Notes under the pieces: model-generated
Seen by the model: only the letters and a program-made list of their open reading frames with translations
Databases searched by the model: none
Told to the model about the DNA's origin: nothing
Assembly (NCBI RefSeq): GCF_006345805.1
Contig: NC_043003.1
Coordinates: 42,408,001 to 42,472,000, forward strand
Direction: 5' to 3'
DNA from: Octopus sinensis
Taxonomy: Eukaryota
DNA length: 64,000 bases
Translations under genes and position numbers: made by a program
Part shown: positions 14,299 to 25,851 of the stretch, in pieces
Position numbering within the stretch: the first letter of the stretch is position 1
Layout of the letters: the number at the start of each line of letters is the position of its first letter

Positions 14299-15955
14299 CT
14301 ATCCGTTTTCTTTAGGGGACCAAAAACGTAACAGAAATTTAGTCACATGTGGGCATGATCCGAAAAGCTCTGTCCTTGTATTTAGACATGTGGTAGGGTC
14401 TAAGCTGCTTTTCCAGATAAGCCATCTCTCCATGTCGCATAAACCGCACCTTCCGCTGCCGTTAGTATAGGGCTTACATCTGGCCAAAATCTTCCATTGT
14501 ATGTTATAATCGACACCTTTATCTCTTAAAGACCAAATATGATTGGATAATTGTGTCGCTTTTCTTTTGTTCCAGTGCCTAAAGCTCAAAGTGTGGTTAT
14601 TGAACCTGGCCTTGAAATTACCCTCTGTCAGGCCCACGTATTTCTTCGTCGAAACGGTGTCTTTAGTGGTTATAGAGTTTACGGTAGCTTCATATATGAT
14701 GGTCTTGGACATGCAAGCTCCATTTAGCGGGTACAATTCTTTATTCCTGCATGAACAGCTGTTTTCTTCTTGTGTTTTTTGTATGTTATGATTGATTATG
14801 TTTTTAAAATTGGTAGTTGAACTAAAACTAATTTTTAAATTGTGTCTATTAAAGAGTTTCCTATAAGCATGGTTAACTGGAAAATGTCTATCTATCAGTG
14901 CTAGGAATATTTACCTATATTGAAGGCCACCTCGGGTGAGTAAGGGGGCGTAAACCAGATGACCTTCCTATTTCTATTATTCCTTTTCCTTATTGTTGGG
15001 CTGGTGATAGGTGTATATTTTATTTTTTCGCTAAAACCACTATCTTTTAAAGCTTTATTATAAACTGGGGCAACGCTATTGAAGATGTCCTCATTAGATG
15101 AGAGGCTACAAATCCTCTTACTAATATTTTTAACTAAATTTTTGAATACTATAGGGGGATGGCATGAACCTACATTAATATAACTTAGTCTATCATTGGG
15201 CTTCCTATAAGGCTTATAAATATTATTATTAAGATCTAAGGAAACGTCTAAGAAATTGACAACCGTCAGGTTAGTGTCTATAGTTATACTAAGTCCGAAG
15301 TGTTTCATTAACTGGATAATATCCTTCCTAAAACGATCTTGTGCTGGTCCATTTGTATTAGCTGTTAAGGCGAGGGCATCATCTTTGTAGATGGCGAAAT
15401 GTACGTTAGGGAATGTCTTACCGAAGGTATCTAGGAGAAAGAGTCCAATTAGATCACAGATGCCTGCCCCATCATATGAACCCATGCTCACATCGAAAGC
15501 GCCCTCCGTGTCGGTGTTTTTTACCCACTTTGCATTCTCACTGAAAAGTAATGTCTTTCTAGCATTGAAGATTATATCCTTATCATTGGTACTAATTTCT
15601 ATGAAGTCACTAGCGAAGATTAGGGCTTTATCTAGCAGTTCTTTAGAGATAGAGGCATAAAAATCAACAATATCGAATTGTGTAAACCTCGCTTTTTTCT
15701 TATTCTTAATAGCTTTAAACCAGTCTACGACTTCTATACTATTGGACCATTGCACTAGCCTAGTATCGGTCTTAATTTTCGTATTTATTTTATCTAAAAT
15801 TTCTTTGCTAATAATCCCTAGTTCTGACTTGGCTGGGTTGATAAGCCTACATTTAGGGTTGGAAAGGAAGTTTTCTTTGTGGTCTTTAATAGTAATAAAG
15901 GCCTCTTTTTGGGGGAGGGTTTCTATTTTTTTATCTAATTTATTTATATATATAT
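14299..15955 (-). pseudogene. PLE RT-GIY-YIG ORF, about 550 codons, broken by a single -1 frameshift near 14906
   Basis: Adding one T at GKY-F restores LALIDRHFPVNHAYRKLFNRHNLKISFS..., joining ORFs 14901-15755 and 14299-14736. The frame is also open 15756-15955. Confidence 0.85.
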
Positions 15956-16112
15956 TGTGTTTACGTCCCCGTAGTTTAGCCGTCTGGCAAAAGAGACCGA
16001 TGGAATAAGTAGTAGGCTTACAAATAGTAAGTTTCGGGGTCGCTTTGTTCGACTAAAGGCGTTGCTCCAGCATGGCCACAGTCAAGTGACTGAAGCAAAA
16101 GAATAAATGAAT
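15955..16112 (+). mobile_element. SINE family A 3' part, abutting the PLE 5' end
   Basis: cgtccccgtagtttagc...gctccagcatggccacagtcaagtgactgaagc. Confidence 0.75.
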
Positions 16113-16589
16113 GAAAGAATATGTCTGTTCCCCCGCTCTCTCTCTCTCTCTATCTCTCTCTCTCTTTCCCTGTCTCTCCACACACACACACATCATTATC
16201 TAGGTACTAGTGGAATGAAATGCTGTCTCCATATATAGGATGGTATTGTTTGTACACATGTACACAGGAGAGCGACCTGACTGACTGGCATGAAAGTGAT
16301 CGGCAGCAAACTCCACACTGCCTCCCACACACAGAGATACTTTGTCTCCTCACTCAGGTTTCTCCATCTCACTGGCATCCGCTCCTCAGAACCATCCCCG
16401 CTTCTCTAACATCTAATTCTCTCGTCACTCTTAATTTGTCCACCTAACCCAAATTTCTACTTCACCCAGGCATTCACTCTACTCATTCTTTCTTACCCCA
16501 AGACTGGAGAAAATATATAAAAGACATCGATATCTGTGACTTTATCTTTTACCCTTCCGTGGTCGACAAAATAAACGATACACCATCGT

Positions 16590-16945
16590 TGCTATCAACT
16601 GAAATTTGGGGCAGAGGATAGCCGATTACAAAGACCTCAGTATTCAACTGGTACTCAATTTTTTGACCTCGAAAGGATGAAAGGCAAAGTCGACCTCGGC
16701 GGAATTTGAACTCAGAACGTAACGGCAGACGAAATACCTATTTCTTTATTACCCACAAGGGGCTTAACACAGAGGGGACAAACAAGGACAGACAAACGGA
16801 TTAAGTCGATAATATCGACACCAGTGCGTAACTGGTACTTATTTTATCGACCCCGGCGGAATTTGAACTCAGAACGAAGCGGTAGACGAAATACCGCTAA
16901 GCATTTCGCCCGGCGTGCTAACGTCTCTGCCAGCTCACCGCCTTA
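16590..16945 (-). mobile_element. Two adjacent/nested SINE family B copies
   Basis: gatgaaaggcaaagtcgacctcggcggaatttgaactcagaacg occurs at ~16677; its 3' part ggcggaatttgaactcagaacg recurs at ~16856. Confidence 0.8.
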
Positions 16946-17029
16946 AAATACTGGTCAAATAATAGTGGAGATGTAATCGACTAATTCCTCCTAATACATT
17001 GCTGGCCTTGTGCCAAATTTAGAAATAAT

Positions 17030-17400
17030 TATTACTTCTGCCCAAGGCAAGACTGAAGTATCGTTTTCAGTCGCGTTTGTTTTTTTTTTTTGTTTGTTTG
17101 GTTGGTTGGTTGTCCGTGGACAAGATATATCGAGAACCGCTGGATGGATTCGGATGAAACTTTCAGGGATGTTTGGCCTTATGCCTGGCACACACTGTTT
17201 CGATTTTGGGATCGACCCGGTACCGGACAAGGATTCTGGATTATTTTTCCGGGCTTTTTACTTAATTTTTGAGAGCGGTGGGGTACATTTTTAGTATTCT
17301 CGTTTGTGAAAGCAGGTGAGTTTATTTCAGATATTCTCATTTTAAAAATAATCTCTGGCTAATCATTGAGAGGATGTTGGTGTTGTCTTGGTCGAGTTTT
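17030..17400 (+). mobile_element. Helentron-associated non-autonomous element (HINE/DINE-1-like)
   Basis: Begins attacttctgcccaagg, has a (GTTT)n/(GGTT)n tract and ctggatggattcggatgaaacttt, and ends gtcttggtcgag. Second copy at 53030. The layout resembles fish Helitron-N/HINE elements (recalled). Confidence 0.55.
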
Positions 17401-18299
17401 ATGTCACAGGCGGTTTGAATTGCTTTTTGTCATGTTAGACATAAGTCATAGTATTAAATATTTGTTTGACTGATTGTTACTGTTCAAATTGCTGCTGTTA
17501 TTTTGAATTGTTATCTTATCCCATTGTGGAAAAATGGAGAAAACGCCAGCAGGTGGCCACAGTTATGCGGCTGCAACTGGAAAAAGGATAGACGTGGAAA
17601 CGCTGGAGGTACGCGAAATAAAGTTTGAACCTCGAAAAACGAAGGAATGCGAGAAGTTGCTGGAAAGAGACGGGAATACACTGAAATTAAACGCCGCCAG
17701 TGGAACTAACAACCAATGTAATGAAAAGAAGGGTGATATATAAGACAATGAAGATAGCAACAAGGAAAACAGAAATAGCGACAACAGAGGCTATTGAAGA
17801 ATGTTTGGAGAATATAAAAAAGATTAACCTCATATATAACAAGAGGGAGAAAGTACGCTACTGTGGTACTGTGTCTGTCTTTGTAGTGGCCGTAGTGCCA
17901 AAATAAAGAAACATTGGCGGCGCTTTCTGCTCTCTGAGTGCTCTTATTATTATATATGTCTAGGTAGAATTTACTTTCCGTCTTCCAGTACTGTTATTGA
18001 ATAATCAACAGTTGTTTCGTCTGTTCACATGCGTGACCCAGTTTCTGTGTCAGAACTCCTGATATTATTTGACAAAATCGTTAAAATGTTGCACAAAATG
18101 CTTCGCGTTATTTGTTCGAGTTCAAATGTCGTTGAGGTCGAAATTAACTTTTTTTTCTGAAATCGATAAAATAAAAAAAACAACCAATAATTAAGTCGAT
18201 ATAATCGACCAGACTTTTCAATTCAAATTACTAAGCTATGACCAGGTAAAAGAAATTTTAGAAACAGTAGATTAGCGGAATTATAACAGCGAATGACAA

Positions 18300-18540
18300 A
18301 CTACTCAGTGGTATTTATTTCAGCTATTTACGCTCTGAGCTCAAATCCCGTCAAGTTCAACTGTGCCTTTCATCCTTTAGGAGTCGATACAATGAAGTAC
18401 CAGTAACATACTGGAGTCGAAAACATCGACTACCCACCCCTAAAAATTACTGGTCAAGCAGTGAGCCGGCAGAATGCTTAGTACGCCGGACAATAATGCT
18501 TAATTGCATTTCGCCCGGCTTTACATTATGAGTTCAAGCC
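18300..18540 (+). mobile_element. Degenerate SINE family B copies
   Basis: ctgagctcaaatcccgtcaagttcaactgtgcctttcatcctttaggagtcgatac. Confidence 0.6.
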
Positions 18541-18551
18541 GTGGGGCCCAA

Positions 18552-18625
18552 GGGCATATGGCGTAGTGGTTAAGAGCGCGGACTACTAACCCCAAGATTC
18601 CGAGTTCGATTCCAAGCAGTGACCA

Positions 18626-18674
<49 letters not shown>

Positions 18675-18845
18675 GTTGAAAAATACCTTAGGAATGAGAA
18701 CCCAGGTTCGAAATTTCCCCAATAAACCTGATGAAGGCTGGAGAATATATCAGTCGAAACGTTGTGTTAACAAATAAGTTGAGGACAAATATCCGTCAAA
18801 TGTAAATACTGTACATAATTCCTTATCTCTTAAATATAGAACTGT
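18552..18845 (+). mobile_element. tRNA-headed SINE with (ATA)n linker and hammerhead-containing tail
   Basis: A box TGGCGTAGTGG, B box GAGTTCGATTCC, (ATA)n, then CTGATGA-A-GGCTG..CAGTC-GAAAC-GTT-GTGTT. Two more copies at 56691-57230. Confidence 0.85.
18724..18768 (+). ncRNA. Minimal type I hammerhead motif in SINE tail
   Basis: Intact CUGAUGA/GAAAC core, stem II GGCUG/CAGUC, AACGTT palindrome. Stem I is eroded here (GACAC/GTGTT in the three-copy consensus). Confidence 0.65.
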
Positions 18846-18859
18846 ACAATAAAACTCTT

Positions 18860-20330
18860 CCGTCGGTCGACAATAGTGTCTCAATCCCAGAATCCTCCAG
18901 TCTTTTGGATAGCAGTTCGGCTAGCTGTGACAACCACCACGAGAAGAATTGCTACATTAGCTTTTTACAAGTTCCTCATCTCTCTGCGAAGCTCCTGATA
19001 TTTCTCAATTTTCTCAATTTCTTTGTAATCATGTGATATTGCAATGTCGATGACCTTACACTATTTTCTTTTTCGTTTCATTCTCTACAATAGAATCTGG
19101 ACTCCTTGATTCAATAATACAGTCAGTTTGTAATGAGAGTCTGGTTAGCAATACTCGACTAACAGTGCACTGTTTTACTGACACAGTCGTGCCTGTGCTT
19201 AAACTCTTTTTGCGCTAGTCTACTGTAATCACTTAAGAACTGGTTAATAGTTTCGTCTCCTTTCCAGATTTGGTATTTGCTCTCTGAGTTTTATCAATAT
19301 TTACCGTTACCGTATTCATTCTAATGGCTTGTTCCCGAGCTGTTATAATTTTTGATTCAGTTTCTCGTTTAAAGTTTCCCCCTGTCAGCCAGAATCAGCA
19401 TTTTTTTTTCTAACGTCCAGACTTTGTTGTATGAATTGGACATGTAATTCCTTCTATTTCCAGGTGTTTGTTCGGTCCATTTTCCTAGTGTTCTTAAATT
19501 CTCCTGTTTTCTCAGTCATTTCTTTTTCTAGCAGGCAGTATCGTTTCTTCACTACGCACAGCAATTTTTCAAAGCCAATATCACTGTACTAACGGCGTTA
19601 TCTGTGTTGAACAAGCCTCTGTCTCACTCCTTTTGTGGGAGGTAGATTCTATTGATAGTTCTTTTAGGGTAGTGCATGTCGTGCATTGTGAGCAACTCCT
19701 TAGTTCTACCAAATTCCTGTAACTGTCTTTGTCCATTTTAGAGAAAAAAAAGAATGGGATTTTTTTTTGTTTTTTGGTTTTTAATACTGTCGTGGTTCAT
19801 ATATTCATTGCTTTCATAAATTCTTTATTTAGTTTCGTTTCTGGCACCTTCTTTATCCTTCTCTTACACTCTTTCGATTTCCATTACCCTAATTGTACTG
19901 CATCACCGCTAGGTATATGTATATCTCATTAATTCTCAGCGGTATATCATTTTCTAATTTTATAGCATCAGATTTAATCTTTCGGTCTCTTTTCATAAAT
20001 AGCACGGTACACATTATTACCTTAAGCTGCATCCCAATATCATTGATAAATATTCATATCGTTTGGATCAGAGAATCCAGTTCTTTTTTCATTCTACGTA
20101 TACAGTTAGAGGTCATCCATATACAGCAAGTGATTTAATTTTACTCGTTTTGGCAAGGTAATGCGCAAGCTTGCATTTTCTCAATATGCTTTAATGAAGA
20201 GTGAATGCAATAACGCTAAGTAATAGATTGACCGAGTTTTCTCGGAATATCTCCGTTCAAGTTTTTATATTTCACATTCATATTGGTTTTATTTGACTAA
20301 TTTCTCCTCTCAAAGTTGCTCAGCATTTTT
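18860..20330 (-). mobile_element. Degenerate R4/Dong-clade (RLE) non-LTR retrotransposon, RT to endonuclease
   Basis: NHLLYMDDL (~20110-20136), LLTMHDMHYPK..RIYLP, LAQKEFKHRHD, PD..VIDIA..EKIEKYQEL. Many stops and frameshifts. Confidence 0.8.
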
Positions 20331-20596
20331 CTATATTACTATATCGGCAAGGCCAATTTGTTATATAAGGACGCGGTGAAAAATATATGGAGTATGCGGA
20401 GAAATGATGCAAAACATTTAGTTTAACACCTTTAAATTCTATATTCGAATCTTGTCGAAGACAGACTATCTGCAAAATATATTAATACCAGTCTAATTCA
20501 GCGGTCAGAGAACAGGGCAATAGCTTATCCGTGTCACTGAGTCGATCGTGTAATTAGTTTACAGATAACTGTATCTTTGGAATATTCAACGATTTA

Positions 20597-20880
20597 CAGT
20601 AATCCCTCGCCATATCGCGGTTCACCTCTCGCGGTTCACCTATCGTGGTTCACCTATCGCTGTTCACTTATCGTGGTTCACCTATCGCGGTTTATTATGT
20701 AAGCTTAGGTCGATTACTCTGTAGTGTTGTTTTGCATTTATATTAAAATAAAAATATACAAATTATAAAGATAATTTTAATAATATGAAGTTCAGTACTT
20801 TTTCTACTTCGCGGATTTTTACCTATCGCGGGTTTTTTTTTTTTTAGAACGTAGCACCCGCAATAGTCAAGAGATTGCTG
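20597..20880. mobile_element. Tigger/pogo-like MITE with TA target duplication and internal 14-bp tandem repeat
   Basis: TA|CAGTAATCCCTCGC ... GAGATTGCTG|TA; (ATCGCGGTTCACCT) about 5-6 copies at 20614-20692. Confidence 0.7.
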
Positions 20881-20980
20881 TATATGATTATGTAACAACT
20901 ATGTAATTCTATTGAACGAAAACCTGATTACTGATTATACAAACCAGTGGAGGACCCTTCATATACAGAATGGGATATAG

Positions 20981-21026
<46 letters not shown>

Positions 21027-21694
21027 TGGGAAGATAAGAAACTGTCACATTTCTCTGTCTTTTCTACTGTTCAGCAAAACTGGAACAAATCCAATGAGTT
21101 GGCGGTGCACGTGGCATATGCATTCAAGGACACCCAACGTGCTAAACTCTCCTACATTCATTACATGTACATGTCAAACACACAAGTCAGCAATAGCAAA
21201 GGTGCATAATGGTTATCCCTTCCTCTAATGATGTTGTTAGACTGAAATACAACCACGCCATCATAACTTCCTTCAGTCGTCAGTTTGAAATTGTTTAAAA
21301 CGAAGGACGATCAGGTTAATCCACACTATGTACCATAAGCACAGTTGCGCCTCCATTAATGCAATAAAATTAAAGCCGACAAAGTATATATATATATATA
21401 TATATATATAATTTCAACAATAGAGGGTAAAATTAATTAATTAATCAATTTCACCAAGTATTCAGTATGCAAAGGGACCAATTAAGGCGAATTCAAATTA
21501 TTACATTATATAAAAGGGCTTAGTAAAATAAATTACTTTGCCGCATACTGAACTCATTAGAAATAGCAGCTAAAAAAACTTTTTTTAAACTATTTCTAAT
21601 ACTTAAAGAAAACCTCTCTCATATAGTGTTTGCTCAATTCAACTCACGAAAGTATGGGGGTAGAGACATTAAAAAATCAAATGCAAAGGTTATT

Positions 21695-21747
21695 TGAGAA
21701 CGTACGTTTCAAGATTAGTCAAACTCGACACTTCTATCATCAGCTCA
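21695..21747 (-). ncRNA. Type I hammerhead motif 1 of 558-bp array
   Basis: TGAG-CTGATGA-TAGA..GTC(GAGTTT)GAC..TCTT-GAAAC-GTAC-GTT-CTCA. Confidence 0.75.
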
Positions 21748-22252
21748 GAACTCCCTGGTTTGGATTTGGAAACACTGAAAGTGGGAGCATACCCTTTCGG
21801 CTTCTTATCGCTTCTGAAGATCTGCTCGAAACTAACAGTGCCAGCAAACTCAAAAATGCAAGCGAAGAATTTCTGCTCTCCCCTTTCCACCAGTGTGGGT
21901 TAAAATCAGTAAACACTATGCTTTTTTCGGTAAAATCCGAGGCATTGTATAGAGAGAGATGAATTATAATTTCAACAATTGAGGGTAAAATTAATTAATT
22001 AATCAATTTCACCAAGTATTCAGTATGCAAAGGGACCAATTAAGGCGAATTCAAATTATTACATTATATAAAAGGGCTTAGTAAAATAAATTACTTTGCC
22101 GCATACTGAACTCATTAGAAATAGCAGCTAAAAAAACTTTTTTAAAACTATTTCTAATACTTAAAGAAAACCTCTCTTATATAGTGTTTGCTCAATTCAA
22201 CTCACGAAAGTATGGGGGTAGAGACATTAAAAAATCAAATGCAAAGGTTATT

Positions 22253-22305
22253 TGAGAACGTACGTTTCAAGATTAGTCAAACTCGACACTTCTATCATCA
22301 GCTCA
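22253..22305 (-). ncRNA. Type I hammerhead motif 2 of 558-bp array
   Basis: Identical motif 558 bp from motif 1. Confidence 0.75.
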
Positions 22306-22482
22306 GAACTCCCTGGTTTGGATTTGAAAACACTGAAAGTGGGAGCATACCCTTTCGGCTTCTTATCGCTTCTGAAGATCTGCTCGAAACTAACAGTGCC
22401 AGCAAACTCAAAAATGCAAGCGAAGAATTTCTGCTCTCCCCTTTCCACCAGCGTGGGAGTTCTGAGCTGAACCAGGGAGTTC

Positions 22483-22535
22483 TGAGCTGATGATAGAAGT
22501 GTCGAGTTTGACTAATCTTGAAACGTACGTTCTCA
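22483..22535 (+). ncRNA. Type I hammerhead motif 3 of 558-bp array
   Basis: tgagctgatgatagaagtgtcgagtttgactaatcttgaaacgtacgttctca. Confidence 0.75.
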
Positions 22536-23038
22536 AATAACCTTTGCATTTGATTTTTTAATGTCTCTACCCCCATACTTTCGTGAGTTGAATTGAGCAA
22601 ACACTATATGAGAGAGGTTTTCTTTAAGTATTAGAAATAGTTTAAAAAAAGTTTTTTTAGCTGCTATTTCTAATGAGTTCAGTATGCGGCAAAGTAATTT
22701 ATTTTACTAAGCCCTTTTATATAATGTAATGATTTGAATTCGCCTTAATTGGTCCCTTTGCATACTGAATACTTGGTGAAATTGATTAATTAATTAATTT
22801 TACCCTCAATTGTTGAAATTATAATTCATCTCTCTCTATACAATGCCTCGGATTTTACCGAAAAAAGCATAGTGTTTACTGATTTTAACCCACGCTGGTG
22901 GAAAGGGGAGAGCAGAAATTCTTCGCTTGCATTTTTGAGTTTGCTGGCACTGTTAGTTTCGAGCAGATCTTCAGAAGCGATAAGAAGCCGAAGGGTATGC
23001 TCCCACTTTCAGTGTTTTCAAATCCAAACCAGGAGTTC

Positions 23039-23091
23039 TGAGCTGATGATAGAAGTGTCGAGTTTGACTAATCTTGAAACGTACGTTCTCA
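23039..23091 (+). ncRNA. Type I hammerhead motif 4 of 558-bp array
   Basis: Identical motif 556 bp from motif 3. Confidence 0.75.
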
Positions 23092-23272
23092 AATAACCTT
23101 TGCATTTGATTTTTTAATGTCTCTACCCCCATACTTTCGTGAGTTAAATTGAGCAAACACTATATGAGAGAGGTTTTCTTTAAGTATTAGAAATAGTTTT
23201 AAAAAAGTTTTTTTAGCTGCTATTTCTAATGAGTTCAGTAGCGGCATAGTAATTTATTTTACTAAGCTCTTT

Positions 23273-23279
<7 letters not shown>

Positions 23280-23321
<42 letters not shown>

Positions 23322-23488
23322 TAAAGATATATATAATAATATATTAATAATATAATATATATATATATTATATATATATATATAAATCTATATAATATAA
23401 TATATATATATATATATATATATAAATATATAATATAATATAATATATATATATATAGATATATATATATATATAAATATATAATATA

Positions 23489-23528
<40 letters not shown>

Positions 23529-23625
23529 TATAATAAATATAATATATATATATATATATATATAATAAATTATAATATATTAATATAATATATATAATAT
23601 ATATATTATATAATAATATAATATA

Positions 23626-23665
<40 letters not shown>

Positions 23666-24715
23666 TATAATTAATATATATATATATATATATATAAATA
23701 TATTAATATATATAATGATATATATATATAAATATATAATATAATATAATATATAATATATATATTATATATATAATATAATATAATATCTATATATATA
23801 ATATATAATATATAATATAATATAATATATATATATATATAACTATATAATATAATATATATATATATATATATATAATTAAATATATATATATATAATA
23901 TATAATATCCATATATAATATTATAATATATATATATAATATATATATATATAATATATTAATATATATATATAAATATATAATATAAATATAATATATA
24001 ATAAATATATAAGATATATAGATATATATATAATATAATATATATAATTGAATATATTATAATATATATATAATATATATATATAGATATATATATATAT
24101 ATAATATATATATAATATATATATATATATAAATATATAATATAATATAATATATATATAATATATATATAATATAATATAATATATATATAATATAATA
24201 TATATATATAAATATATAATATAATATATATATATATAATATATAATATAATATAATAAATAATATATATAATATAATAATATAAATAATATATATATAA
24301 TAATATAAATAATATATATATAATATAATATAATATAATAATATATATATATAATATAAAAATTTATAAATATATATAGATATATAATATAAATAATTTA
24401 TAATATATATATATATAATATAAATAGTTCATAAATATATAATATATATAATATAAATAGTTTATAAATATATATAATATATATAATATAAATAATTATA
24501 AATATATATATATATATAATATAAATAATTTATAAATATATATAATATATAATATAAATAGTTTATAAATATATATATATATATATAATATAAATAATTT
24601 ATAATATTATATATAATATAAATAGTTTATAAATATATATATATAATATAAATAGTTTATAAATATATATATATAATATAAATAATATATAAATATATAT
24701 ATATACATATATGTA
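23280..24715. repeat. About 1.4-kb nearly pure A/T (TA)n-derived tract with about 30-bp higher-order units near its right end
   Basis: Only scattered G/C bases; ataaatagtttataaatatatatataat recurs from ~24420. Confidence 0.95.
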
Positions 24716-25330
24716 CATACCTACATATATATGCATATATGCATGCATATGTGGGTACAGGACATTAAAAAACGTTGAATACAATGAGAAACGAAAACAT
24801 AAAAACAAAAACATAGAAAACGATTTTTTTTTCGAACAACGAAAAAGCAAGCAGAGAAACGTGACATGCAACATAAAGAATATTCCCCTTCATTAGTTGT
24901 TCCTGTTTCATCTACTCCGCTTTACGAAAGCAAGGACAATTCGCGACTTCGTTGAATCAGTCCTGCCCGCAAAGCAAATTAAATAAAATTTTGGATTTTT
25001 TGCGGAGGTTGAAAGTGGTTACAAGAACAGAACAGTGAGAACAAGACAGTAAAAACGAACGGTGAGGGTTGTTAAGCCAAGACGATAGAAAAATTATTGT
25101 GAACGCCAGGAGGAGCACGTGTTGTTTTTAGGAAGGAAATGGGCAGAAAGATAGATTCCCTTTCGTCACCTGTCAGCGACGAGAGAGTCAAGGAGGAAGA
25201 GTGAGAGAGAGAGGGAACGGTGAAGAGGAGAGGAGGAGAATAGGGAAGGGTGGGAAAGAAAACCAGAAAGGATGAAGAACAAGAGAGGGAGAGAGATAGA
25301 CAGAGAAGAGATAGTAAAGATAGAAGAGTG
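24715..25330 (+). mobile_element. Unclassified dispersed repeat; reverse copy at 39400-40130
   Basis: gggtacaggaca..aaaaaacgt.gaa.acaatgagaaa and aaattaaataaaattt are shared in opposite orientation. Confidence 0.65.
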
Positions 25331-25341
25331 CGTATCTTAAT

Positions 25342-25376
<35 letters not shown>

Positions 25377-25814
25377 CACGAGGTGAGAGATGCGAATATA
25401 TACATTTACCACGTGATATCTTTAGAGTTTCGATCGCTTCGAGTTAAATCTTTTGTCTAATCTTAATGTTCTGCTCATCTAATGACCCAGCTTTCTTTAT
25501 CTGCATTGGTTTGTGAATATATAATTACAATGTAAAAAGCGGGCATTACATATTAATGTGAACATGTAAGCGTAATTTCTCCCACACTGAAATGAATACT
25601 GCCGTAACCCTAAGGATGTCACGTAGGTAAATAAATGTATATTCCCTTCGCATGATTTATATACTCCTCATCAAATAATTTCACCTACCGAACCTTCTAG
25701 ATTTCAGTTGCATTACTCTTCTCTGTATCACTTTACTATGTGAAGTATTAGTCGTATCTGTAGGAGGAGCCGTCTGAGATAGCCACACGATTCCCTGAAT
25801 CCACAGCTTATTAT

Positions 25815-25851
<37 letters not shown>

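Larger units (their letters stand above)
14037..15955 (-). mobile_element. 5'-truncated Penelope-like retroelement (RT plus C-terminal GIY-YIG), possibly Hydra clade
   Basis: FITIKDHKENF..CRLINPAKSELG, FDIVDFY, MGSYDG, YKDD RT motifs; linker CSCRNKEL(Y)PLNGAC; IIYEA..YVGLT..FKARFNNH endonuclease; C-terminal CxxC...CxH. Confidence 0.9.
21407..23280. mobile_element. 558-bp unit array, tandem then inverted, hammerhead-bearing (retrozyme / PLE pLTR-like)
   Basis: Units start at 21411 and 21969. The inverted arms are 21505-22318 and 22470-23280. Bounded by (TA)n on both sides. Confidence 0.9.

Noticed and set aside
17534-17906. Short K/E-rich ORFs with SYAAAT motif resembling LINE ORF1
   Set aside because: Too short and disrupted to assign.
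18552-18625. Possible functional tRNA gene (anticodon ACT)
   Set aside because: Acceptor stem does not close, it is followed by the SINE body, and it is present in three diverged copies; treated as a SINE head.
20614-20692. 14-bp repeats considered as a CRISPR-like array
   Set aside because: Head-to-tail repeats without spacers, inside a eukaryotic MITE.
21810-21845. CTGAAGA-TCTGCTC-GAAAC on the opposite strand of the 558-bp unit
   Set aside because: No stem II or stem I pairing and no NUH triplet; the convincing hammerhead is on the other strand.
21630-21962. 110-aa ORF repeated in each 558-bp unit
   Set aside because: Non-ATG start, no recognisable domain; recurrence simply reflects the repeat.
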